64,000 nt of DNA, from NCBI GenBank assembly GCA_001782235.1, contig MFOC01000002.1:42912-106911 (forward strand). The letters run 5' to 3'. Shown one piece after another: positions 26,937-35,767 of this stretch. The notes under the pieces are model-generated. The model did no database searches. It saw nothing but the letters and a program-made list of their open reading frames with translations, and had not been told where the DNA came from. Position 1 is the first letter of the stretch; the number at the start of each line of letters is the position of its first letter. The position numbers were made by a program, and so were the translations under genes. The DNA comes from Candidatus Levybacteria bacterium RIFCSPHIGHO2_02_FULL_40_18 (GTDB lineage: Bacteria > Patescibacteriota > Microgenomatia > Levybacterales > GWA1-39-11).

Positions 26937-28011
26937 GTTTCTCGTGTTCTGTTCCGGACAGCGATTCAACAAGTTTTTTAATCTTAGGAACAGATTCTTT
27001 AGGGCAAACCAAAACCACATCTTCAGTATTAATAACAAGATAATCGGAAAGATCTATGCCCACAACCATTTGATCTGTATAGTTGAATACAAGGCTATCT
27101 TTTGAATCCTCAAGCATAACCTTTCCCTTTGTAACGTTTTCCTCTTCCGATGTCGATAGCGCCTCTTTGAGCTGCTCCCAAGCGCCAATATCACTCCAAC
27201 CAAAGTCTGCACCAATAACATAACCGTCGGAGGACGTTAATTTCTCAAGGATAAGATTGTCAAAGGATACTTTTTCAAATGTAGGAAAGACGTTCGATAA
27301 GGTGTCTGAAAACAAAGAAGTTCCATATGAAGAAGCGATTTTAACAAGACCGTCATACATTTGGGGGGCATATTTTTGATACAAAGACATTAAAAATGAT
27401 GGCGTAGTACCAAAATAACCCGGATTCCAAGCATGCTTCTCACTTGCATGAAACTCCTCAGCTGTTGCTAAATCCGGACGGTAATGAAGGCTCTTAAATT
27501 CATAAACTGATAAACCCTCAATGTCCTTTATCTTTTCGCCGAATTCAATCCAGCCTAAGTTTTGAGTGGCCAAGCGCGATTTCTGCCCAATAAAAACTAT
27601 TTTATTAGGTTTGTTCTCAAGGATTTTTCCGCAAGTAACTAGGATTTTGCGAAATAGCCCTTCATTTTTAACAAGATGATCGCTCCAAAGAATTATAAAG
27701 GGTTCTGAATCAGCTACTTTCTCAAGAATTGCGGCAACCAATCCAACCGCCGCTCCTACATCCCTCATTTCAGGCTCAAGAATAAAGTTTTCGCGAGGAA
27801 TACTGGGAAGCTGGCCATGCAGGATTTCACGATATCTCTCGCCCGAGGAGATAAAGATATCCGAAGGTTTAAAAATTGGAGAAATGCGATCATATGCCAA
27901 TTGCAATGTTGATTTTTCGCCAATTACTTTTTCGAATTGTTTTGGAGTGTGTTTTCTTGATAAGGGCCAAAGCCTTGTCCCAACTCCTCCTGCAAAAATT
28001 ACAGCCTTCAT
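26929..28011 (-). CDS. Mannose-1-phosphate guanylyltransferase (ManC-like, no cupin domain)
   Basis: AGGVGTRLWPLSR..PKQF, SDH and WSDIGAW motifs. Confidence 0.9.
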   Translation of the reverse strand: MKAVIFAGGVGTRLWPLSRKHTPKQFEKVIGEKSTLQLAYDRISPIFKPSDIFISSGERYREILHGQLPSIPRENFILEPEMRDVGAAVGLVAAILEKVADSEPFIILWSDHLVKNEGLFRKILVTCGKILENKPNKIVFIGQKSRLATQNLGWIEFGEKIKDIEGLSVYEFKSLHYRPDLATAEEFHASEKHAWNPGYFGTTPSFLMSLYQKYAPQMYDGLVKIASSYGTSLFSDTLSNVFPTFEKVSFDNLILEKLTSSDGYVIGADFGWSDIGAWEQLKEALSTSEEENVTKGKVMLEDSKDSLVFNYTDQMVVGIDLSDYLVINTEDVVLVCPKESVPKIKKLVESLSGTEHEKLT

Positions 28012-28014
28012 AAA

Positions 28015-28090
28015 ATGCTAATGAAATGCGAATTTAATTAGTGATAATGATGCGAATATTCGCATAAATTCGCAGTATTTAAATTAGTAT
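28015..28090. repeat. ATGCGAAT/ATTCGCAT repeat hairpin
   Basis: atgctaat..atgcgaat..atgcgaat then attcgcat..attcgca..attagtat. Confidence 0.75.
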
Positions 28091-28115
28091 AAAATAACTT
28101 TACCATAATTGAACA

Positions 28116-29210
28116 CTATAAAATTCCCAAGATTTTAGCCTTGAACCTTTCGAATGAGAATCTATTAGCATTTTTACGGCAATCTTTCCCATTATAGCGG
28201 CTTGCCCGGAAGCTTTTCAACTTCGAAGCTAATGATTGAACGGTTTGTTTATCAAAAAATACACCGGTTTTCCCCTCGACTATAATCTCTTCTGCCCCAC
28301 CACCCCGAAACGCAATAACAGGCTTGTCGAAGGTTTGCGCTTCAACCATGGTTAATCCAAAATCTTCAACTCCGGGGAACACAAGTGTCTTGCAATTTGC
28401 GTAGTAATATTTAAGATCCGAATCAGAAACATATCCTAAAAAATCAACAGTCGGTCCCGCCATTTTTTTAAGACGATCGAATTCGCTTCCAGTTCCTATG
28501 ATCTTTAACGGCGCGCGAACCTTATTTGCCGCTTTTACAGCAAGGTCGATTCGTTTATAGGGAACTAGTCTCGAAACGATTAAAAAATAGTTTTGAATTT
28601 TGAATTTAGAATTTTGAATTTGTTTCGGATTTCGAATTTCGGATTTCGAATTTAATGGGCGCATCATTAATGGCGGATAAATAACTTCCGATTCTAATCC
28701 GTAATACTTTTTGATTCGACTTTGAACTGTTTCCGATATTGCAATCAATTTGTCTGGCCTTCGTGCTGCAATTTTGTCCCAAAAACGAAGATAGGAAACA
28801 ACCGGCCAAATTATAATTCGAAAAATTGGATTCGAAAAATAGTCTTTGTGTCCGCTCCAAAGATACCTTGTGGGCGTTAAAATAATCGAGATGTGTTTCG
28901 TCTGAGGTTTTGTAATAATGCCTTTTGCAGCCTCAGAAGTTAACGATATAACCAAATCGAAGTCTGAAAAATCGAACGATTCAAATGCAACTGGCATAAG
29001 AGTTGCAAAAACTTCATGATGAGAAGATGCAAACGGGATTTTTTGAAGGAACGACGTTTTTACTGGAATTTTTCTTGCCCAAGAAGCGCGGTCTTCTTTG
29101 TAAACTGATGTAAACAAAACCGAATCGGGAAAAATTTTGCGCAAAGCTATAATAACACGCTCCGCTCCACCCCACTTATTGACTCTATCATAAACCAACG
29201 CCACTTTCAT
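28116..29210 (-). CDS. GT4 glycosyltransferase
   Basis: GGAER, SRLVPYKR and EDFGLTMVEA motifs; start at MKVALVYD. Confidence 0.93.
   Translation of the reverse strand: MKVALVYDRVNKWGGAERVIIALRKIFPDSVLFTSVYKEDRASWARKIPVKTSFLQKIPFASSHHEVFATLMPVAFESFDFSDFDLVISLTSEAAKGIITKPQTKHISIILTPTRYLWSGHKDYFSNPIFRIIIWPVVSYLRFWDKIAARRPDKLIAISETVQSRIKKYYGLESEVIYPPLMMRPLNSKSEIRNPKQIQNSKFKIQNYFLIVSRLVPYKRIDLAVKAANKVRAPLKIIGTGSEFDRLKKMAGPTVDFLGYVSDSDLKYYYANCKTLVFPGVEDFGLTMVEAQTFDKPVIAFRGGGAEEIIVEGKTGVFFDKQTVQSLASKLKSFRASRYNGKDCRKNANRFSFERFKAKILGIL
28591..28653. repeat. Bipartite heptamer arm in frame in GT4
   Basis: (ttttgaa-type)x4-tttg-(tttcgRa)x4; encodes NSKSEIRNPKQIQNSKFKIQN. Confidence 0.9.
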
Positions 29211-29216
29211 GGGAAG

Positions 29217-29256
29217 ATTATAACATCTTGACAAGTCAATACCAAACCTATACAAT
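29217..29256. promoter_or_regulatory. Back-to-back divergent promoters
   Basis: Minus strand TGTTATAAT (29217-29225) 6 nt before the GT4 ATG; plus strand TTGACA-17-TACAAT (29228-29256) before the antitoxin. Confidence 0.7.
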
Positions 29257-29265
29257 CGTATTATT

Positions 29266-29553
29266 ATGCAGAGAGTAATAGTTCAAGTTCCAATGAGCCA
29301 AAGTTTAAAAAGCATGGCAGAAACTGTTGCTTCTGATATGGGTTTTTCGTCCTTACAGGAAGCAATTCGAGTCATCTTAACAAAGCTATCAAAAAAGCAG
29401 TTAACCTTAAGGATTGAGGAACCTGAAGAAATAACTGATCTCTCCCCCACCGCAGAAAGAAGATTTAAAAAAGCGCTTGCCGATATCAAAGCAGGAAAAA
29501 ATATCTATAAGCCAAAAAATAAAGAGGAATTCTTCAAAATGCTCCGTTCATGA
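29266..29553 (+). CDS. Antitoxin (RelB/DinJ-like, ribbon-helix-helix)
   Basis: RHH-like N-terminus, ALADIKAGK C-terminus; ATGA overlap with the toxin gene. Confidence 0.75.
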   Translation: MQRVIVQVPMSQSLKSMAETVASDMGFSSLQEAIRVILTKLSKKQLTLRIEEPEEITDLSPTAERRFKKALADIKAGKNIYKPKNKEEFFKMLRS

Positions 29554-29819
29554 AGACCTACTTCACGAAAAGTTTTAAAAGAGCATACAAGGAAAGAATT
29601 GAGTCTAATCCAAAATTAGTAAACAAATTCGAGGAAAGATATGACCTATTTTTAGAAGACCCTTCGAACCAACTTCTTTCAGATCACCCACTTGGCAAAA
29701 ACCTAACAGGATTTAGAGCATTTTCTGTCACTAAAGACGTAAGAGTCGTGTACCATATTCATAATAACATTGCCTATTTTATTGACATCGGCACCCACAC
29801 CCAAGTCTATAAAAAATAA
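29550..29819 (+). CDS. RelE/YafQ-family mRNA interferase toxin
   Basis: TKSFKRAYK, DHPL and IDIGTH motifs. Confidence 0.88.
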   Translation: MKTYFTKSFKRAYKERIESNPKLVNKFEERYDLFLEDPSNQLLSDHPLGKNLTGFRAFSVTKDVRVVYHIHNNIAYFIDIGTHTQVYKK

Positions 29820-29822
29820 GAC

Positions 29823-29905
29823 ACACCCAATTTTTGCGATAGCAACTTTTGGGTGTATAAAGTCTCTCGAAGAAGAGGTGTGGATCTAGACAACCCGGAG
29901 GGTTG
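29823..29905. repeat. Palindromes between convergent genes (possible terminator or REP)
   Basis: ACACCCAA...TTGGGTGT (29823-29856) and CAACCC-gga-GGGTTG (29891-29905). Confidence 0.6.
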
Positions 29906-29906
29906 A

Positions 29907-31043
29907 TTAGCTTGAAACCTTTTCTTTAACTGCCGAATTATAGATGCTTAGCGTTTGTTTCGCCATTTCTTTCCATGAGAATTGTTTGGCGCGCGTTTTG
30001 CCTTGGGCAATTAATTCTTTTCGGGATTCTTCGATTAATGAACACGCAAAGGAGATTTTCTGTTTTATATCACTTACATCGCTAGGGTTGCAATAGATAG
30101 CGGCGTTTGAACAAATTTCTCTATGGACGGGAATGTCTGAAACAATGACTGGACAGGAAAGAGACATTGCTTCAACTGCCGTCAATGAAAAGCCTTCTAA
30201 GAATGATGGAACGATGGTTGCTGTCGCATTGGAATAAAGCGAAAAAAGATCAGAATCTTTAACGTTCTCAAAAAATATCGTATTTGCCCCTATATTTAAT
30301 TTTTCTATTTGTTTTTCTATCCTTTTGAAAAAATAATCTCGTTTTCCAACCAAGATAAGCTTTACATCATGATTTTCGTAACTATCGTAGAGAAAATCTC
30401 TGAATGCTGAAAGCAATCCCTCAATATTTTTATGTGGATAGAAATTTCCTACACGCAAAATATATCTTCCTTCGATGAGTGGCGTGTGGCGGGTAGCACG
30501 TAGCAGGTGGTCGATGCCGCCTTCGTATGTCACCTCAACTTTAGAAGGATCAATATTGAGATAAGTTTTCAAAAGATCGTCGCGGACCGCATTTGAGGGA
30601 ACAATAATTTTTTTTGATCTATAAACCGCGTTTGATAAAACCGCATAGTATCCAATGCGTTTTACTAGATATAAGGATAAAGGCAATGTTGACGCTCGAC
30701 CCGTGTTAAATTTATTGACGATTAAATCATGAATCGTGACGATAAACGGCTTATGATAGAAAATTGGAACCGAAAAATATGGGAAATGCATCAAGTCCAG
30801 ATTTTCCTTGTTTAAAAGCTTGGGAAATAAGACTTGTTCGGTAACTGAATGCCAAGGAAAATCTGCTTTGACAACTGACAACTGACCACTGACAACTGAC
30901 TTAATTGCTTTTTCATCATCTGTACGAGCAAACAAGATATATTCGTTTTTTTTGTCGAGCTGAATAAGATTCGAAACAAGATTACGAATGTAACGCCCTA
31001 CTCCTGTTTCATTCCAAAGCCGAACATCAATACCAATCCTCAT
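29907..31043 (-). CDS. GT4 glycosyltransferase
   Basis: TGVGRY, TIHDL, PHKN and EGFSLTAVEAM motifs. Confidence 0.93.
   Translation of the reverse strand: MRIGIDVRLWNETGVGRYIRNLVSNLIQLDKKNEYILFARTDDEKAIKSVVSGQLSVVKADFPWHSVTEQVLFPKLLNKENLDLMHFPYFSVPIFYHKPFIVTIHDLIVNKFNTGRASTLPLSLYLVKRIGYYAVLSNAVYRSKKIIVPSNAVRDDLLKTYLNIDPSKVEVTYEGGIDHLLRATRHTPLIEGRYILRVGNFYPHKNIEGLLSAFRDFLYDSYENHDVKLILVGKRDYFFKRIEKQIEKLNIGANTIFFENVKDSDLFSLYSNATATIVPSFLEGFSLTAVEAMSLSCPVIVSDIPVHREICSNAAIYCNPSDVSDIKQKISFACSLIEESRKELIAQGKTRAKQFSWKEMAKQTLSIYNSAVKEKVSS
30480..30510. repeat. Heptamer arm in frame in the GT4 interdomain linker
   Basis: tggcgtg tggcggg tagcacg tagcagg tgg (HLLRATRHTP). Confidence 0.65.
30869..30900. 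repeat. Heptamer arm in frame in GT4
   Basis: tgacaac tgacaac tgaccac tgacaac tgac (SVVSGQLSVV). Confidence 0.88.
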
Positions 31044-31106
31044 GGTTTTAAGTTGTAAGTTTTAAGATGTAAGTAATTTCTTAAATCGTATATCATACAT
31101 TTTACC
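31044..31106. repeat. Tandem-heptamer hairpin (GWTKTAA arms, GTAATTTC loop), copy 1
   Basis: gttttaa gttgtaa gttttaa gatgtaa-gtaatttc-ttaaatc gtatatc atacatt ttacc. Confidence 0.85.
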
Positions 31107-31989
31107 AACCAGAGATACGCTTCTTTAACGCAATTCCAGTTAGCACCAACATCCTAATTATACTTGGGTATTTATCTTTGTAGTGTTTATCATAAAAGAT
31201 TCTCATAGCGGCAAATCTTGCTTCATGGGCTCTTTTTCTTATTTCGCGGGTTGCGGTTGAATAGCTTTTTGAATCTTTTTTAAGTCCGCCGGATACCCCT
31301 TTATAATGAAGGATTTCAAATTCTGGAACAAAATAAATTTTCCAACCCCGCTCTTTTAACCTGTAACAAAAATCAATATCCTCACCGTACCAAAAGAAAT
31401 CCTCATCCCACCATCTCACCTGTTCCCCTGCTTCTCTCCTGACCAACATAAATGCGCCAGCTAAAGCGTCAACCTCATGAGTTTTGTTTAAGTCTAAATG
31501 TCCCAAACTGTATCCTGCAAATATTTTTGATTTTTTAAACAATTTCGAAAGACTTGAAAAATGCGACAATGCTCTCCATGGTGTTGGAAATCCTCTATGG
31601 GAAGCGTCGTCAAGTCTGCCACTTGGCAGGCGAACAAAACATGTTGCAGCGCCCGCATCTTTATTATGATCCATAAACTCAACCACCCCGTCAATTGTAT
31701 TTTCATAAACAACCGTATCCGTGTTCAAAAACAGAACAAACCGGCCTCTTGCTTCTTTAACGCCAATATTATTTGCTCGTGAAAAACCTACATTTTCCTT
31801 ATTTTGAATAAGTTTTAAGTTTGCGAGCTTAAGTTTTAAGATTTCACTGACTGAATCGTCCTCTGAATTATTATCAACCACGATTATTTCATAAGAATTC
31901 TTTTTAACTGTCCGAACAATCGATCGAATACATTCAATTGTCAAATCCCGGGTATTAAAGGAGACAATAATGATAGATAGGTCAACCAT
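31102..31989 (-). CDS. GT2 glycosyltransferase (WbbL-like)
   Basis: VVDNNSED, GFSRANN, FLNTD and YGEDID motifs. Confidence 0.92.
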   Translation of the reverse strand: MVDLSIIIVSFNTRDLTIECIRSIVRTVKKNSYEIIVVDNNSEDDSVSEILKLKLANLKLIQNKENVGFSRANNIGVKEARGRFVLFLNTDTVVYENTIDGVVEFMDHNKDAGAATCFVRLPSGRLDDASHRGFPTPWRALSHFSSLSKLFKKSKIFAGYSLGHLDLNKTHEVDALAGAFMLVRREAGEQVRWWDEDFFWYGEDIDFCYRLKERGWKIYFVPEFEILHYKGVSGGLKKDSKSYSTATREIRKRAHEARFAAMRIFYDKHYKDKYPSIIRMLVLTGIALKKRISGW

Positions 31990-31994
31990 ACTAG

Positions 31995-32056
31995 CTTTTA
32001 AGTTTTACGATGTAAGATTTAAGTAATTTCATACATCTTAGATCTTACAACTTACC
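31995..32056. repeat. Tandem-heptamer hairpin (GWTKTAA arms, GTAATTTC loop), copy 2
   Basis: cttttaa gttttac gatgtaa gatttaa-gtaatttc-atacatc ttagatc ttacaac ttacc. Confidence 0.87.
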
Positions 32057-32059
32057 TAC

Positions 32060-33229
32060 TTATAGGTTATTCCAAACTGTGTTTAGGTTATTGCCGATTA
32101 CCTTCCAAGAATACTCACGCTCAACCAGTTTCCGAGCGTTTCTTGCTAGTCTTCTTCTTAAGTTTAAATCATCTAACATCTTTTCAAGCCTCTCTTTAAA
32201 TTCCGATTCTTCGATTACGACCACCAAGTGCTCTCCGTCTTTTACGTCAAGCCCTTCAAGTCTTTGGGAAAGAGAAATAACAGGAACACCGGCAGCCATA
32301 GCCTCAAGAATCTTAAAGTTTGTACCCCCACCGAGTCTGATAGGAGCAACCATTACATCCGCTTTTTCATACTCATCTTGAATCTTAGGAACAAACTCAT
32401 TAATTATAACCCTGTTGTCATCCGCGAACTTCAAATCTCTTGCTTTCTTCCCAATAATTGTTAAAGTTATATCATTGCCTAAATTCTTAAAGACGGAGTC
32501 ATAGAAATAATTAATTGCGTCTATATTTGGAAAATAAGTAAAATTTCCTACAAATAGAAGTTTCGTTCCTCTTCTTTTTTTAGGAAGATTGAATTTATAA
32601 TCATCAATATCAACGCCGTTTCGTATTATTTCGCATTCGCCAACATACTTTCTTACTTCACGAGCATCGGTATCAGAAACCGTAATGCAAAGATCGGCCT
32701 TTTTAAACAGCGCTGTTTCTTCGCTGCGAATTTTGTCAACCTGGAATTCATATAGAGGTCTTATAAGGATATTCGTTTTTTGTGCGTATTCGCCATACAT
32801 CTTGTATTCAATATTCTCAGTTCCGAATACCTGCTTTGCTCCAAGATTTCTAATCTTATCCGATATATAAAAGGCTGTATAAAAAGATTCAAAGTGAACA
32901 ATGTCGATTTTCTTATCAGCGATAATCCGCAGTAAATCCGTGAGAATCGAGGATGTGAGGTAAAGAGTTTTAAAAATTGAATCACCGGAGAATAAACCCA
33001 ATATATTTCTTATATCCCTTACCTTTCTGCGGCTGGTTATTCCCGCGACTTCAACGCCTATCTTTTCCATTTCTACAACCGAATCCCTCCATGCATTATC
33101 TCTTACAAAAGAGAATAAATATTTCTTAATATCGACTCCAGAATATTTAAGCATATGATAGGCACGATTCTTTCCCCCGGTATTCGTGGGATAAGGAAAA
33201 TCATAAGTGACAAATAAGACTTTTTTCAT
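32060..33229 (-). CDS. GT4 glycosyltransferase
   Basis: PYPTNTGG, NGVD and GGGTNFKILEAMAAG motifs. Confidence 0.92.
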   Translation of the reverse strand: MKKVLFVTYDFPYPTNTGGKNRAYHMLKYSGVDIKKYLFSFVRDNAWRDSVVEMEKIGVEVAGITSRRKVRDIRNILGLFSGDSIFKTLYLTSSILTDLLRIIADKKIDIVHFESFYTAFYISDKIRNLGAKQVFGTENIEYKMYGEYAQKTNILIRPLYEFQVDKIRSEETALFKKADLCITVSDTDAREVRKYVGECEIIRNGVDIDDYKFNLPKKRRGTKLLFVGNFTYFPNIDAINYFYDSVFKNLGNDITLTIIGKKARDLKFADDNRVIINEFVPKIQDEYEKADVMVAPIRLGGGTNFKILEAMAAGVPVISLSQRLEGLDVKDGEHLVVVIEESEFKERLEKMLDDLNLRRRLARNARKLVEREYSWKVIGNNLNTVWNNL

Positions 33230-34701
33230 TTTAGTTTTAATATCAAATACTCTTTGCTTGACGAAACGTGTTCATACATTGTCCCGAATCCGCTAAAATC
33301 ACTTGGGGTGGGATTTGCAATTACCAAATGCGTTGCGCCCCGCTCGATCAATTTTTCAATTGGTTCTTGAAATGTGGGCCAGCCGCGCCTTGCGCTCATA
33401 TTAAGCAGGGTTGTGCTTCCGTCATAAGGCGCAATTACGATTGCATCTTTTGGCAAAATCTCATCGGCTCTCTTTCCGGCCGCAACCATTCCCCGATCAT
33501 TAATATTGAAGTAATCCCGAACCAGCATCCACGAAAAATAAAAGGATGTCAAAATTAAAACCCCGAGAACGGCAGATGCAGTAACGTGATTGCTCTTCTC
33601 GGAGGTGAATTCGAATAATTTACTTGCTCCAAGACCGGCAAAGATACTAATTGTAGGAATTATGGCAATTTGATAATAGTCGTGTCTTACGTTACCCGTT
33701 GCTATAACCGAAACATAAAGCGCCGATGCAACAGCAAATGAAAGAAAAAATCCCGCATTCTTATCTAACTGCCACCCATTCGACTCACTCCGTTTACTCA
33801 AGGCAAACAAGCCACCTGCCACGAACAAAATTCCTACATACCCCAGTATCAATTTCGTTATTCTTTCAAAACCAAGCCACCTAAAAAATGCCGGTCGGAA
33901 ACGAATTCCGTCACCATTGAAAAGCCAACTTGACGCTGGAATTCCTTCCGGGAAATGTCCTATCCACCACCGCCAAAGAGTAAAAGGCACTAAAGATAAA
34001 ATTGCGAACACCCAGAGTTGCCATTTTTTTATAAAATCGACCCCGAACGCCTTCCACGCTAAATACGCCATTGGCAGTGTAAAGAAAAGAGCATAAGGCT
34101 TGAGCAAAAGCGCCAGTGCTGTAAAAAGAATTGATAAACCGAATGGCACCAAATACTTTATACTTAATACTTTATACTTAATACTTTTTTCGAGCCAGCG
34201 ATCGAAAAAATAAATTCCTCCAAGAATCGATGCTGCCATAGATGGATCAGGGAGAATTGTCCGTCCAAAAAATATCGAAAATGGCAGAAAAAGATAAAAA
34301 AGGCCGGCAAAAAATCCGGCAAGTTCACTTGCATATCTCTTCACTAAAAGATAGACAAAACATGCTCCTGCAAGACTTGCGAAAATAGAAATCAATCTGC
34401 CCCATTGTTCGAGCGCTAATATTCCGAATACGCCGAATAAACCTGCCTGGACTGCGTTATAAATCGGGAACTCTACAAATCGGTACCCACTTGGATTGTC
34501 AGTGCCAGATTGAATATTTGAGATATCAAAATACCGGGGGTATAAAAGGTTTATACTATCGCGAGCAAAAATTGTCGATACTGCATTTGTGTCGCTCTGC
34601 CTGAAAGCATGCCAATCCGCCACCGGATTATCAAACCTATAAAGCCTAACAATAAATCCAAGCACAAAAATCCCCACCAAAACCCAAGAAATCCTTCTCA
34701 T
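33226..34701 (-). CDS. GT-C membrane glycosyltransferase (ArnT/PMT-like)
   Basis: RQSDT, EFPIY, LPD and LLKP motifs; multiple TM segments. Confidence 0.85.
   Translation of the reverse strand: MRRISWVLVGIFVLGFIVRLYRFDNPVADWHAFRQSDTNAVSTIFARDSINLLYPRYFDISNIQSGTDNPSGYRFVEFPIYNAVQAGLFGVFGILALEQWGRLISIFASLAGACFVYLLVKRYASELAGFFAGLFYLFLPFSIFFGRTILPDPSMAASILGGIYFFDRWLEKSIKYKVLSIKYLVPFGLSILFTALALLLKPYALFFTLPMAYLAWKAFGVDFIKKWQLWVFAILSLVPFTLWRWWIGHFPEGIPASSWLFNGDGIRFRPAFFRWLGFERITKLILGYVGILFVAGGLFALSKRSESNGWQLDKNAGFFLSFAVASALYVSVIATGNVRHDYYQIAIIPTISIFAGLGASKLFEFTSEKSNHVTASAVLGVLILTSFYFSWMLVRDYFNINDRGMVAAGKRADEILPKDAIVIAPYDGSTTLLNMSARRGWPTFQEPIEKLIERGATHLVIANPTPSDFSGFGTMYEHVSSSKEYLILKLK
33776..33804. 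repeat. REP-like remnant in frame in the GT-C gene
   Basis: ccattcgactcactccgtttactcaaggc (ALSKRSESNG); resembles the TTCGA...CTCAGG unit at 9883-9913. Confidence 0.45.
34152..34186. repeat. Heptamer arm (WATACTT)x5 in frame in the GT-C gene
   Basis: aatactt tatactt aatactt tatactt aatactt (KSIKYKVLSIKY); same unit as the arms around 42610-42978. Confidence 0.92.
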
Positions 34702-34760
34702 AAGCTTAATTCTAGTTTATTTTATAGCATCAATCAAACTTTTTGTTATAATCTCGAGAA

Positions 34761-35705
34761 ATGGAAAGAGAGCCTATTCTTCCGCCAGAAAAAATAAATC
34801 TTTCTGAATTTGTGGAAAACCCGCATGCTACAATCAGGCAAGCGAATCGTCTGCATCTTGAAATCGCAAGAACAGCAATTGCAAGTAGAGGAATAGAAGG
34901 TGCCATGCAATACGGACCAATGTTTTTATCATTCTGGGTTTATAGAATCCGAGGTAGAGATAGAGCTCGCGCTCTTAAATCCTCTTATTTTTGGCTAAGA
35001 CACGCTGATGATATTGCTGATGGAGATAAGCCGTTGCCCCGCGGTTATTCCTCAAAAGAAGACTTTCTCTTAGAAAAAAAGGGGCTCGCTCGAAAGATTT
35101 TGACAGGCAGCGCCACTGACATTTTTGGAGATAAAGAGGACGTCCTTCTTTTGGATTTTGCATTTGCGACAAGAAGATTAAACATTGATTTAAGTGAGGA
35201 AACATTAGCGATTTTAGACACCATAATCTTCGACGAAGAAAGAAGTCGGACTGGAAGACTTCCTAAACAAGCGGAACTAGATGATTACTTCGATAAACTA
35301 GACTTCGCCTGCGTAGAAGGAGGTCTAAAACTCGCTGGAGAAAATTATAACAAAGAGGAAGTTGCTGATATAACCATGGCTGTTCGAACAATGTTTAATC
35401 TACGAGATATTACAAAAGACATGAGGGCAGGAATAATTAATATATCCTCTGAAGATATAGAGAGTTACGGAATTGATTTGGACAGATGTAAAAATGCTCC
35501 TACGCTCTCAGACCTTTTGAATTATGATCCGATCAGGAGATGGTACACAGATCAGATGCTTGCTTGCTCTGATTATTTGGAAAGGTCGGAAAAGAGCCTC
35601 GCCGGTATTAGAATGAAGCCCGAAACGCGCTTCGCTCTATCTTTCAATTCAAAAAGGGTTGTGAGAAATAAACTACGAAAGCTTAACAAATTACTAGCTC
35701 AATAA
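34761..35705 (+). CDS. Squalene/phytoene synthase-like (head-to-head prenyltransferase fold)
   Basis: YFWLRHADDIAD and NLRDITKD aspartate-rich motifs. Confidence 0.78.
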   Translation: MEREPILPPEKINLSEFVENPHATIRQANRLHLEIARTAIASRGIEGAMQYGPMFLSFWVYRIRGRDRARALKSSYFWLRHADDIADGDKPLPRGYSSKEDFLLEKKGLARKILTGSATDIFGDKEDVLLLDFAFATRRLNIDLSEETLAILDTIIFDEERSRTGRLPKQAELDDYFDKLDFACVEGGLKLAGENYNKEEVADITMAVRTMFNLRDITKDMRAGIINISSEDIESYGIDLDRCKNAPTLSDLLNYDPIRRWYTDQMLACSDYLERSEKSLAGIRMKPETRFALSFNSKRVVRNKLRKLNKLLAQ

Positions 35706-35767
35706 AATGATTAGTGGTACACTAGTGGTACACCCGTCGGGTGAATTAGCTTGGCACCTCACGGCAT

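Noticed and set aside
31044-32056. Hairpins as integron attC sites
   Set aside because: No integron integrase in the window, no consistent RYYYAAC/GTTRRRY ends, and the same structures occur between core dcw genes.
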